NCBI GenBank assembly: GCA_016618085.1
Contig: JABLTG010000151.1
Span: 1 to 48,616 of the forward strand
DNA from: Neovahlkampfia damariscottae
Taxonomy: Eukaryota
Length of the DNA: 48,616 nt
Direction of reading: 5' to 3'
Below are positions 37,403-48,616 of this stretch, in pieces. Numbering within the stretch: the first letter of the stretch is position 1; each line of letters begins with the position of its first letter. A program made the position numbers and the translations under genes. The notes beneath the pieces are model-generated. The model was not told the origin of the DNA. It saw only the letters and a program-made list of their open reading frames with translations, and ran no database searches.

Positions 37403-39285
37403 ATGGGCAATAAACCTGGTGGTAAAAACTCAAGAAAAGTAAATCAAATACTATTTAAATGTTTCAGCGTTCAAAAAATCAAACAAATTCGACGACAACA
37501 GAAAATGTAGAAAAAAAAGAAAAACAAACAGAAGAAATATCTCAAGTTACTGAAACTCAAAAGGAAAATAAACAACAAGAAATAATAGAAGAAACAGTAA
37601 AAATTGAAACAAAAGAAGAAAAAATAGAACCAGAAACTGAAAAAATAACAGAAAAAATAACAGAAGAAAATAAAACAGAAGAAGAAATAGAAATCACCCA
37701 AGAACCGGAAAAAGAACAAATTGTAGAATGTGACATGGACATTGAAGAAGAATATATCGTAAAAAAAATTTAAAAAGTTTAAAAAATTAAATCTCAGATT
37801 GAAGATGAAGGTGAAAATTTTGATGAAGAAAATTATGAATTTGAAGAAGAAAATACAGTTGAAGATAACTTTGGTTTTTCAAAAATTGAAAAAAAACAAG
37901 TAGATTTTGAGTCAATGGATTTACAACAATTGATTGAAAAACAAAAAATAGTTTTGATTGAATTAAGTTCAACTTTAAACATACCTGTATCAATTTGTGG
38001 TTTATTACTCAGAAGTTATCAATGGAAAAATGAAAAATTATTGATTGATTTTTTTGATAACCCAAAAAAAGTTTATAAAGAAGCTGGAGTTGATTTGGAT
38101 AATATAAGTGAAAAAGTTGTAACTGGAAAAAAAGGTGAAGAAGTTGAATGTCCTGTTTGTATGGATGATGTCGATGGTAAAGATTTAATGGCCTTAGAAT
38201 CATGTAAACATTTCTTTTGCAAAAATTGTTGGAGGAATTATCTACAAGTTGCAATAGATGATGGTCCAAGTTGTTTACAAGTTTCTTGTTTATATAAGAC
38301 ATGTAAATTTGTTGTGAATGAAAAAATCATCAATGAAACAGTTGATGAAAAAAGAAAAGAAAAATATACAAATTATCTGTCAAAATCATTCATTGATGAC
38401 AACCCAAGAATAAAGTAACCATCGAAATAATTAATTATTTATAGATGGTGTCCTGCTCCAAATTGTGAAAATGTTGTATTTTTACACAATTTAAATCAAA
38501 AATCTGTTAAATGTAAGTTTGGACATAATTTTTGTTTTTCGTGCTCTGAGGAGAACCATCAGCCATGTGATTGTAAACAAGTGAAAGAATGGAGAAGAAA
38601 ATGTTCAGATGATAGTGAAACAACAAATTTCATTCTTTCCAATACAAAAGAATGTCCAAAATGTGACCGAAATATTGAAAAAAATGGAGGTTGTAATCAT
38701 ATGGTTTGTAGTCAATGTAAACATGAATTTTGTTGGATTTGTTTAGACAAATGGTCTATTCATGGAACAGAGTACTATAATTGTAATAGATACAAAGAAA
38801 CAGAAGATAAAACAAAAGACAACGTTTCACAAGCAAGACAATTGTTAGAAAAATATATGCATTATTTCACAAGATATCAAACACATGAACAGTCACAAAA
38901 ATTTGAAGGTAAATTAAGAGATATTGCACAGGAAAAGATGCAACAAGAATCACTTAAACATAACAAAGGTATTAGTTAATTCATTATTGAATGCATATTT
39001 TTAGGCTGGTTAGATGTTGATTATATCATCAATGGAGTTGAACAATTGATTGAATGTAGAGCTGCTTTAAAATGGACTTATGTATATGCTTATTATTTAC
39101 CATCAGGTCCACAAAAAGAATTATTTGAATATCTACAACAAGAATTAGAACATAACACTGAGAATTTATCTGAACTTTTAGAAAGTACAAATTTCGAAAA
39201 GGAAAGAATAATTTCAATGACAAAAGTTGCTCAAAGTCGCCTTCAACATTTAATAAAAGGTGTAGATGATGGATTACAAAAATAA
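37403..39285 (+). CDS. ARIH: Ariadne-family RBR E3 ligase, copy 1
   Basis: Introns at 37439-37467, 37759-37797, 38415-38444 and 38969-39004. It has RING1, IBR, RING2 (IEKNGGCNHM) and the Ariadne domain (LKWTYVYAYY). Confidence 0.93.
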
Positions 39286-39370
39286 AATAAAATTCATTTT
39301 TTTCATTTTGATTTTTGAATTTTTTATTTTTTTTCCACCAATCATTTCAATTTTTTAATTCCGAAGTATC

Positions 39371-41048
39371 ATGACGGAAGAAGAAACATCTCCGATGCTT
39401 GAAGATGATTTTATCGAAGACGAATATATACTAGATGACTATGACGAAGAATATATTGTTGAAGATGATGAATTTGAAGAAGATCAATTCGAAACTCCTT
39501 TAGAAGACGACAATTTCGGTTTTAATAAAATTGAAAAAGAAGACAAAGGATATGAAACAATGACAGTCAAAGAATTAATAGAAAAACAACAAAAAGAACT
39601 TTCCGAATTATCAACAACACTTGATTTACCATTTTCAATAATAGGTACTCTCTTAAGGTAAGAAAGAAAAAAAAAATGAATAACATCTTTAGATCATATC
39701 AATGGAAAAAAGAAAAACTGATGACTGATTTTTTTGAAGATATCAGTAAAGTACAAAAGAAAACAGGTGTCGATTTGAACAACTTTTCATCAAAATTTCT
39801 CACTGAAGAGAAAATAAAAGAAGCTGAATGTCCTGCTTGTTATGATGATGTACCAGGTAAAGATTTATATTCCATGAATTGTAAACATTTCATGTGTAAA
39901 TCATGTTGGGCTAATTATTTACATGGTAAGAACAAAAAATAATTAAACAACACTTCAATAGTGGCTATTGATGATGGTCCAAGTTGTTTACAAGTTTCAT
40001 GTCCATTTCCTAAATGCAATTCTAGAGTACAAGATAAATTAGTTTCAGAAATTGTTGATGACGTACATAAAGAAAAATATGATAAATTTTTAGCACGTTC
40101 ATTGTAAGTTAAAAGGTTTTTTTTTTAACAAATAAGTGTTGATGATAATCCAAATACAAAGTAAATTTATATTTTTATTAATATTCATTTTTAGATGGTG
40201 TCCTGCTCCTAATTGTGGTAAAATTGTTTTTTGTCCAACTATAACTGGTGTTTCATCTGTTGTTTGTTCTTGTGGATATAATTTTTGTTTCTTATGTGGT
40301 GAAGAAGGTCATAAACCTTGTAGTTGTAAAGAGGTCAGAGCATGGGTTAAAAAATGTTCAGATGATAGTGAAACTGCAAATTTTATTGTAAGAAAAAAAA
40401 ATATTTAAAATTTAACTTTGATTCCAGGTTACAAATACAAAAGATTGTCCAAAATGCAACAGAAGTATTGAAAAGAATGGAGGTTGTAATCACATGACTT
40501 GTAGTTTATGTCGTCATGAATTTTGTTGGATTTGTTTAGGAGATTGGTCAAAACATGGGACTGACTATTATAATTGTAATAGATATAAAGAAAAGGATGT
40601 TGATACAGATAGAGAAAATGCAAAAACACAAGCCAGAGCTGCTTTAGAAAAATATATGCATTATTTCACTAGATTTGCTACGCATGAACAATCACAAAAA
40701 TTAGAATCAAAATTACTTCAATTAGCAGATCAAAAAATGAAAGAATTGACACAAAAATCACAAACTTCATGGTTAGAAGTTGATTATATCAGAAAAGGTG
40801 TTGAACAATTAATTGAATGTAGAGCTGCTTTAAAATGGACTTATGCATATGCTTATTATTTACCATCAGGACCACAAAAAGAATTATTTGAATATCTTCA
40901 AGAAGAGTTGGAACACAATACAGAAAATTTATCTGAACTTTTAGAAAGAGATTCTTCAAACAAAGGAAAAATTTTAAATACAACAAAAGTTGCTCAAACA
41001 AGACTTCAACATTTAATCAAAGGAATTGATGATGGTTTAAAAAAATAA
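39371..41048 (+). CDS. ARIH: Ariadne-family RBR E3 ligase, copy 2
   Basis: Introns at 39658-39692, 39926-39961, 40104-40136, 40161-40194 and 40388-40427. It has an acidic N-terminus, RING1-IBR-RING2 and the Ariadne domain. Confidence 0.94.
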
Positions 41049-41101
41049 AAAGTTTTTATTGGTTTGCTCTTTTTTTTTCTTCTTCTTTTGGTGTTGGTTG
41101 A

Positions 41102-41872
41102 ATGCTATTTCATGAAAGAAAATTTTTTGGAAAGTTAATTGGATCTGATGTTGTAGTTGATAATATATCACTGTTTGAATTTGGACAATATGGAAAAGGT
41201 TCTCTTTCAAGATCAAAACCTGTTGGATCAAAACAAAATAATTTTCGATTTTACAAAAAAAGAAAAGAGAATACTTTTCATTATTACAAAAAAGTTATTA
41301 ATAATTTGATTAATTTACTGAATATTATCAGAAAATTTGCGAATTTTCATTTAGTTTCATGTGTTAAACAAATTGGTCAAAAAGAAGTATTAATTTTAAG
41401 TCTTCAAGAAGCTTTTTTTTTAATTTATGGATTAGGATGTTTAGAAATTACCAAAGAGAATGTAATTTAACTACTTTCTTTTTTTTAAATTAATCTTTAG
41501 AAAATTTTAACCATTGAAGATTGTTGGAATGAATTTTGCAAAATTCAAGGAAAAGAATTTTTTATTTCACGATATCTTGCTTATCATTACTATAGGAGTT
41601 CAGGATGGATCGTAAAATCAGGTTTAAAATATGGTTGTGATTTTGTTTTATACTCAAAAGAAATTGAAAGAGTTCACGCTGAATTTTGTGTACTTGTCAT
41701 ATGTGGAGATATAACATGGAAAGATGTTCAAAGACAATCAAGATTATCAATCTCTGTCGCTAAAACCTTGTTAATTTGTTCTGTAAAATATTCAGAAAAA
41801 ATTGATTGGAAAAATCTAAAAGAATATTGTTGTGTGAATGACATTTCTGTAAAGAGAATAGAGTTACAATAA
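41102..41872 (+). CDS. TSEN2: tRNA-splicing endonuclease subunit Sen2
   Basis: YGKGSLSRS and LSLQEAFFL, intron 41462-41500, then AYHYYRSSGWIVKSGLKYGCDFVLY...HAEF...VAK carrying the Y/H/K catalytic residues. Confidence 0.9.
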
Positions 41873-41948
41873 GACCACAAATAGATCTACTCAAAAAAAA
41901 AGAAATAAAAAAATGGAAAAACAAAATATATTTAATTACAAAAAATGC

Positions 41949-42582
41949 TTATAATAATGAGCATCCTCCTTTTTTTCCTCCTGATGGCTTACTTTTATCG
42001 AATAAAACAGTTCTGATGGCTTTATCAAAAACTTCTTTAATACCAGCTTGAGTTTTAGCAGAACATTCAACGTAATGAACAGCTTTGATTGCTTTTTTTG
42101 TACTTTCACCATCATCTTTTGTAACTGGTTTAAGACCTTGTTTTTTTAATTTTTCTAATGTACCAGAGTCATCTCTCATATCCAATTTAGTTCCAACTAA
42201 AATTAAAGGTACATTTGGACAATGGTGAGTAACTTCTGGAAGCCATTTTTCTTTAACATTTTCAAGTGAAATTGGATTAACAACTGAGAAACAAATTAAA
42301 AAGATATTTGTTCCTGGATAACTTAAAGGTCTTAATCTGTCATAATCTTCTTGACCAGCTGTATCCCAAAGTCCGAGATTTATAGTTCTTCCATCAACCA
42401 TAACGTTTGCTGAATAGTTGTCAAATACAGTTGGTACATATTCTTCTGGAAATGTGTTGTTTGCATAAACCCATAAAAGACCTTGTTTTTTTTGTTTAAT
42501 TTTTTTTTTCTTTCTTACATGTTTTTCCGACAGCACCATCACCTACGACGACGCACTTAATATGTAAAGCATTGTTTGTCAT
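41949..42582 (-). CDS. RAC: Rac-family Rho GTPase
   Basis: [15 protein letters not shown] (intron 42482-42518), [36 protein letters not shown] and a CaaX end, CSLL. Confidence 0.97.
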
Positions 42583-42887
42583 GTTATTCACTTATTCTAA
42601 ACGGTTATTGTTTGTTGAAAAAATAAAGAGTGATTGGTCAGATTTTTATCAATGATCCAATCAGAACATCAATAGTTTTGATTGGTGGAAAATGTTCCAT
42701 GTTCGATTGAGAGGTTCATGACAAAGTTCATCTTCCAATTTCAAGTTCATTCTCCAAATCAAAGATCAAAAGGGTCTTTTTAAATCGAAGAAAGCTATGA
42801 GTAGGGAGAACAAGGGAAAGAAGAAAAATAAGAACAGAATTTTTAAAGGTGGTCAAATGTCAACCAAATTTGGGGAATATTGATTTA

Positions 42888-43937
42888 TTATTCTTCTGTA
42901 TTGTTTTCGTAAACAGTTGGTGTTTCGAATAATTCTGCCAATAGAGCATCTTCCTCCAAATTTGATTGTGTCATTATTTTTTTATTTTCACTTTCGTCAT
43001 CAAAACTCATTTTTCTCTTTTTTGAATTCACTTCCATCTCCTCTTTGTCATCATCACTTCTTTCAGATTCAGATTCAGATTCGGATTCAGATGAGCTATC
43101 AATTACTGATTGGTCATCATTGTATTCGTCATTTGAATCATTGTCAACATCACTGAGGTCTACTTCAGATTCAGATGAATATAATTCCTCTTCTTCAAAC
43201 TTTTTATGATTCTGAATGTCATAAAAAATTTCTTCATTTGGAGATAGTTTGATAATTGGATTTTCAATTTTATACAATGGTATTTCTCGAGGGCCAAAAA
43301 CAAGTGATATTTGACCTATAAAAATTCCCTCTTGATTATAAAACTTTGATGTTTCTTTCAAAGGAATGGATTCTTTTTCTGATTGAACAATGACCACTTT
43401 ATCAGAGATTATTGATTTTACAAAACCTATTTTTTTGATGTTATCAATTGATATCCATTCTGTTTGTTTTATTTCTGTTGTTATTTTCTCTTCTTTTTGT
43501 TCTTCCGTTTCTTCAAATACTTGTGTTAAAAATGTTGTTTTAATAGTTTCTTCATTAGGCTCTTTAGATTCTTCAGTAGTTATATATTCATTTGTTGATG
43601 TTACTACTTCAATATCTTCATCTGATTTTTCTTCATTATCCAAAGTTATAACTTCCGAATTTTTAATTTTCTCTTCAACTGCGCTAGTCTCTTTTTTTTC
43701 AGGAAAAATTAAGAATTTTCTTTTCATTTCTTCATTTAGTTTCATTTCACGAAGAGTATTTTCACTACAATTCAACAATTTTTTAGTAAGTATGACAGAA
43801 ATTAATTGACCGAGTAACTTTGGTTTTTTTTCATTTTTTTGATACTCCACACCATTTTCATCTAATAATGATTTGATTATAGTTACTGTTAATTTGTTTA
43901 TATTTCTTTGCCAAAAGGATTCAGTATTTTCGTCCAT
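42888..43937 (-). CDS. Naf1/Gar1-domain protein with an N-terminal HeH/SAP-like motif
   Basis: IGFVKSII...IGQISLVFGPREIPLYKI matches the Gar1/Naf1 fold pattern. It has an acidic tail and an N-terminal KLTVTIIKSLLDENGVEY..NEKKPKLL. Confidence 0.7.
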   Translation of the reverse strand: MDENTESFWQRNINKLTVTIIKSLLDENGVEYQKNEKKPKLLGQLISVILTKKLLNCSENTLREMKLNEEMKRKFLIFPEKKETSAVEEKIKNSEVITLDNEEKSDEDIEVVTSTNEYITTEESKEPNEETIKTTFLTQVFEETEEQKEEKITTEIKQTEWISIDNIKKIGFVKSIISDKVVIVQSEKESIPLKETSKFYNQEGIFIGQISLVFGPREIPLYKIENPIIKLSPNEEIFYDIQNHKKFEEEELYSSESEVDLSDVDNDSNDEYNDDQSVIDSSSESESESESERSDDDKEEMEVNSKKRKMSFDDESENKKIMTQSNLEEDALLAELFETPTVYENNTEE

Positions 43938-43985
43938 CTTTCCAATGAAGAATAATCACAAATGATTGGTTGTTTGAAAAATAAC

Positions 43986-46900
43986 TCATTTTATTTTCTT
44001 TGTTGGACATTTTGCATGATGAACATCAAAATTAGGATAGTTAAAATATATTGGAATACCTTTATCAATTCTTTGGTGGCAACTATGACAAAATGAATCA
44101 GAATAAACAACACGAGGAGAACATGAACTAGATAGACAATCCTCCTTTGTTAATTCATTTTCGATGAATTTCAGATATAAAATCGATGTATTCTTCAAAT
44201 AAATCTTCTTAAAAAAACTTTTTTGAATGAAATTTTCCAACTTTTCTAAAGAAAAATCATTTGGTAAAATTTTCAAAATTTCTTCAGGATTGATTTCAAA
44301 AGGGTATTTGTTTAAAATTTTGAAAACAAACTCATGTACCTTTTTTTTATCAGATTTTGTTCTAATTGACCAAATTTCACACTTTTTTTCTTGAGATATG
44401 AAACAAGCATTTAATAATTGAATGAACGATGTTTGGTAGCATTCATCAATCTCTGAAATTTGAAGGCAATATTTTTCTGCAGATTCATAATCCTTTAAAA
44501 AGTGTATATACAAAACTAATACTTCTTCGTGATGTAGTAACTTTGAAACATTTTAAAATGTCATTTAACTCTTACTGATTTGTAAATGGTAATACCTTCA
44601 TCAAATAGACATGTGACCTTAAGTGAATTCAAAATTTGTTCTTTTTGATATTTTGATAATTCAGCTATTGAAAGAATTTCACTCAATTTTTTCCGAATTT
44701 CACCACAATATCCAATTTCATTTTGACTTGAAAAAAAATTAAATTGTTGAAGGATATTTGGATAAACATGATACAATAATTTAATAGCGTTTGATATAAA
44801 AGACATTGCATAATCATTATTTTTTTTGGTTAATAAATACAAATATTCCAATTCATAAATTGGGTAATCAAAGGTATCCAAATTTTGTTTCAAAAACTCA
44901 AACACTTTCTGGGATTCCACAATTTCATTTCGATTCTCAGAAACAAATATTCTCAAGGAATTAAACGTGAATTTACCTTTTTTAATGATTTTTTGAGCGT
45001 ATTTAAAAATCGTTTCATCCAAATCCACTTCACATAAAAAATTTTCCAAAATCAAAAATTCAGATGCTTTGTAGAGCAAATCCAAAGGATTTTTTAGGGT
45101 AACAAACTGCTTATAACACCCTTTGTTCCAAAGAAGATATGCCAAATATTTCAATAAATTTTCATTTTGTAAGTAATGATACAGTTGGACTAATTCTTTT
45201 TCATTGATGAAATTTTTTCCTGTCAATAAATTTTCTAATTTGAATTCAATCAATTCTTTGGTGAAATATTGATTAATTTCATCAATTTCCCTAATTAAGT
45301 AAAGTTTCTTTTGTAAAAAATGGATTAACAAAATCAATAGATAGGTGTCAATGATTCGAAGTTCAAATTCAATTTTTTCAAAAGAAAACGAATTCAGAAA
45401 CAATTCTCTTCTTCTAAATAGGAATTGAAATAAATAAAACTCAGAAATCAACCTTTCTTTTGAATTTTTTCCATTCATTTTACAAAAATAATCAATTGAT
45501 GAAATTTTTCCTTTTTCGGAAATTAATTGAATCAATTTCTTGGAATATTGAACAGATTTTGATTCATTTTCTAAAAATTCAAATTGTTCATGAAAGTAAT
45601 CTTCTGAATCAATGAACAAATTAATGATTTCAAAAGACTCTAAGATGTCAATAGATGTACATTCTGAAAAATTTTGAAATGCAATTTTCCAATTTCCTTT
45701 GGTCAAATTTGAGAAACCATTTTGCTTTTTTAAGTTATTTAAGTGTATTTTTGAATCATGAATTAAGTTAAATTTACACTGATGTTGAAATAAATCCATT
45801 GCTAACTCCCAAAGAATATTTTCATTCCAAATTAAATTCAATTGCTTAGAAATTAGTAGAAGAATTTTCTCACTTGAGAATAGAATGAAACTGGTGAAAT
45901 TGAAATAACTGATGTTGCATTAGAAACAAAAATTCTTCTTCCATTGGATTGAATGCATAAAGGAGATTGAAATTTAATCTCCGAAGAAACCATGATTTCT
46001 TTCATCAAAACATGATAAAATTGAATTCTATCCTTTAATAAAGCAATCACGAATGGATAAAAATGAACTTCAAATTAATTAATTTTTTCAAAATTCCTTA
46101 CATAACTGAGAAGGTTCCGATTTCCAAATTGGTTTTTTTTCAAAATGAAAGTTTGTGTCATTTCCCATGAATTTGTACAAAATTGAATATAATCCATGGT
46201 TTTTTTCATATCCTATTTTTTGTGAAATTTTTTCTTTCAACTCTTTATTGGTGATTGTTTGATTTGAGTGATTGATGATTTCATTAATTTTTTTGTTGTA
46301 AATCCAATAATTTGATTTTGACGATAAACAGAGGAAATCATCAATGAATTCAATTGAAGTGATCGAATCTACGAAATGAACATTTTTCTAATTGATTTTT
46401 TTTAGTTTTTTTTTTTGGAAAATAATTACAATGATTACTTCATTCCGAATTGAACAATTTCCATTTTCATCAATGATCAATTGAAATTCTATCAATTTCT
46501 TCTTATTTTCGAACATTTTTTTTAATGGAACTTCATTTTGAATGATTGCAACTTATTTGAAATGATTAAGAAATTAAAGAAAATCTTACTCATTTTATGA
46601 TGGAGATGTGGTGATTTGTTCATTGCAAAAAACTTCATTCCTTTTACACAATCTAAAGTACCTTTCAAAAACAATTTATATTCGTTTTCTTCATTTTTAT
46701 ATTGAAAAACAAATAGTTTTCCATCTAACAAAGTTAATAAATATTTTCATACCAAATAACACAAAAACTCTCTGTCTTAAGGGGTCAATTTGAATTGTCT
46801 GAAGTAATTTTTGATTTTTTTTGTTAAATGAAAAGAATTTCTTCACTGGAAAAATGTAATAGAAATTTTTCAAATTCTCTTTCTCAATTTGTAAAACTTC

Positions 46901-47110
46901 AACTTCTTCTTCTTTTGTGTATTTCAAAATTTGCATGAACAAAAATTCATTTGTTCCAATGAATAATACTTCATCTATATATTTTAAAAATCAATATCAT
47001 GACTTACAATTGTCTTCTTTTACAGTGTCAAAAATTTGAATTTTCTGATTTGTTTTTTTTAATCTTGTTATTTCAATGTTTTGAAGGATGAAATTTTGTT
47101 TCTGTTCCAT
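43986..47110 (-). CDS. Divergent Vps39/Vps3/TGFBRAP1-like tethering subunit
   Basis: Multi-exon gene with at least seven short introns. It has a CNH-like start (VLFIGT; FYPFVIAL), a helical region (DYESAEKYC) and a C-terminal CHSCHQRI...YPNFDVHHAKC. Confidence 0.72.
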
Positions 47111-47253
47111 GTTTCTCTTTTTTTGAACTTGGAAGATTGTTTTGTTGGTCCACTTAAATAGCCTCAGTCGTTCATCCTCAACTTCAAATTCTGTTCATCC
47201 AACCAAATTGAACTGAAAAAATATTGAAAAAGTAATCAAAAATACAAAATTTA

Positions 47254-48066
47254 TTAAATTTTAATCTCCAAAGATTTCTCTTTCCAAACTTTATTTGTTA
47301 AATGATACTCAAAAATTGAATTTTGAAATTTGTATTCAATGATTGAATTTTCAAAGATTAAAGGAGAAGAACAGGTGACTTCATTTGGAAAACTACCTGA
47401 AAACAAAATTTTTCTCCATTTTTTTGTTTTCAAATGAAAACAAAACATATCCGAGCAATAATTTACAAAATTTCTTCCACCTAAAATATACAAGCATTCA
47501 TCATGAATAAAACTTGAGTGTTTGAATCTACTTGAAGGTAAAAAAACATCATTTTGATTTGTCACGACAACTTCCCATTGATTTGTTGAAAATGTATATT
47601 TATAGAGTGAATTTGAAACAGAATTTCCAGAAATACCTCCAAATACAAACATTGAACCTTCATAAACAATTGAAGTATGATGATACAATGATGTTTTGAA
47701 AAATGTTGATTTTAATGACCTCCATTTTTTTGTCCTCAAATCCAATGCATAAATATCTGTGCATTGATTATTTTCTGAATATCCTCCGAATACAAATATT
47801 TCATTATTGTATAATACACATGTATGATGTTCTCTTGTTGGTGGTTTGGTTCCAAAAGTTTTGATTAATTTTTTACATTCGGATTTTGAGTCGCATGCAT
47901 AGAGTTGATTTTGTGTTATTTTTCCTGTTTACAAATATTTTAATTAATTCAAGTCGTTACCTGAGAAAATGTGAAAAAATGTATTAGATTTACCTCCGTA
48001 GATGAAATTTGATGTTTCTGTAGCAATGGTATATTGTTCAGCCAAAATCTGTGGAGATTTATTCAT
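47254..48066 (-). CDS. Kelch-repeat protein
   Basis: Repeats FIYGG, REHHTCVLYNNEIFVFGG, HHTSIVYEGSMFVFGG and RFKHSS...LYILGG. Intron at 47925-47960. Confidence 0.85.
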
Positions 48067-48268
48067 AATTTCGGTTTTTTGAAGTGTGTTTGTTGTGATT
48101 TTTTAGTTTGAGGTTGGATGTTCAAAATAGAATTATTTTTAGAGTTTTTAAACCAATAATTTGTTAGACAGCAAAAACCAAAAAAAATTGAAAATTCTTG
48201 TGTAAAAGAAAAAAATGGATGTCTGAAAATGATTGTATCATACTGGTTGTGTTGAGTTGGGTGTTTCT

Positions 48269-48420
48269 TATTGGATATTTGAACTGGACGAGTCATCAAA
48301 ATTGACTGGAGAAAAGATGATTGGATACTTGAAGTTTAAAGAATGTTTTGATTGGACAACTGCCTGGAAGAAAACGTTGGCCAATCGAAATTATTCTGGA
48401 TTCACATAAATTCTTATTGG
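48269..48420 (+). promoter_or_regulatory. Actin promoter with five CCAAT/ATTGG boxes
   Basis: ATTGG at 48270, 48320, 48351 and 48416, and CCAAT at 48381. The first two are extended as ATTGGATA(T/C)TTGAA. Confidence 0.7.
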
Positions 48421-48465
48421 TTTACTCAGATTTTTTCAACAACAAAACAAAAAAAAAGAGTTAAC

Positions 48466-48616
48466 ATGGGTGACGTTCAAGCATTAGTAGTAGACAATGG
48501 TTCAGGTATGTGTAAAGCAGGTTTCGCTGGAGATGATGCTCCAAGAGCTGTATTTCCATCTATCGTTGGAAGACCAAAACAAAAATCAATCATGGTTGGT
48601 ATGGGAGACAAAGACG
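48466..48616 (+). CDS. ACT: Actin, 5' fragment truncated by the contig end
   Basis: ATG 48466 gives the same actin N-terminus as 1-151. Confidence 0.98.
   Translation, partial: MGDVQALVVDNGSGMCKAGFAGDDAPRAVFPSIVGRPKQKSIMVGMGDKD

Noticed and set aside
37500..37730. Short tandem repeats resembling an array (also 10300-10500 and 43063-43092)
   Set aside because: These are low-complexity E/K/T or SE coding tracts with no repeat-spacer structure, so not CRISPR-like.

Overview
AT-rich eukaryotic nuclear contig, very gene-dense (about 30 genes in 48.6 kb). It is most likely a heterolobosean (Discoba) protist, inferred from the Naegleria-like actin N-terminus [47 protein letters not shown]. The standard genetic code fits. 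Genes are split by very short GT-AG introns (mostly 28-42 nt by hand count), so the ORF track fragments many genes and hides some in-frame introns. Both ends break inside identical, outward-facing actin 5' ends. Recognisable genes include RagA/Gtr1, a class I PI3K with an N-terminal RhoGAP-like domain, a Nudix hydrolase, an EBP-like protein, HMG-box proteins, EFHD/swiprosin, an F-box protein, RPL12, Prp5/DDX46, GCN1, a 7TM-RGS protein, a JmjC zinc-finger protein, a TBC protein, a RING protein, a class 3 lipase, two tandem Ariadne E3s, SEN2, Rac, a Naf1-like protein, a Vps39-like protein and a Kelch protein. The most notable signals are the RhoGAP-PI3K fusion that appears to lack the arginine finger, a CCAAT box 10-50 nt upstream of nearly every start codon, an extended element shared by both actin promoters, A-rich micro-introns, stop codons embedded in AATAAA, overlapping convergent genes and intron differences between the tandem paralogues. 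All gene models and family calls were made by eye, with no database searches.
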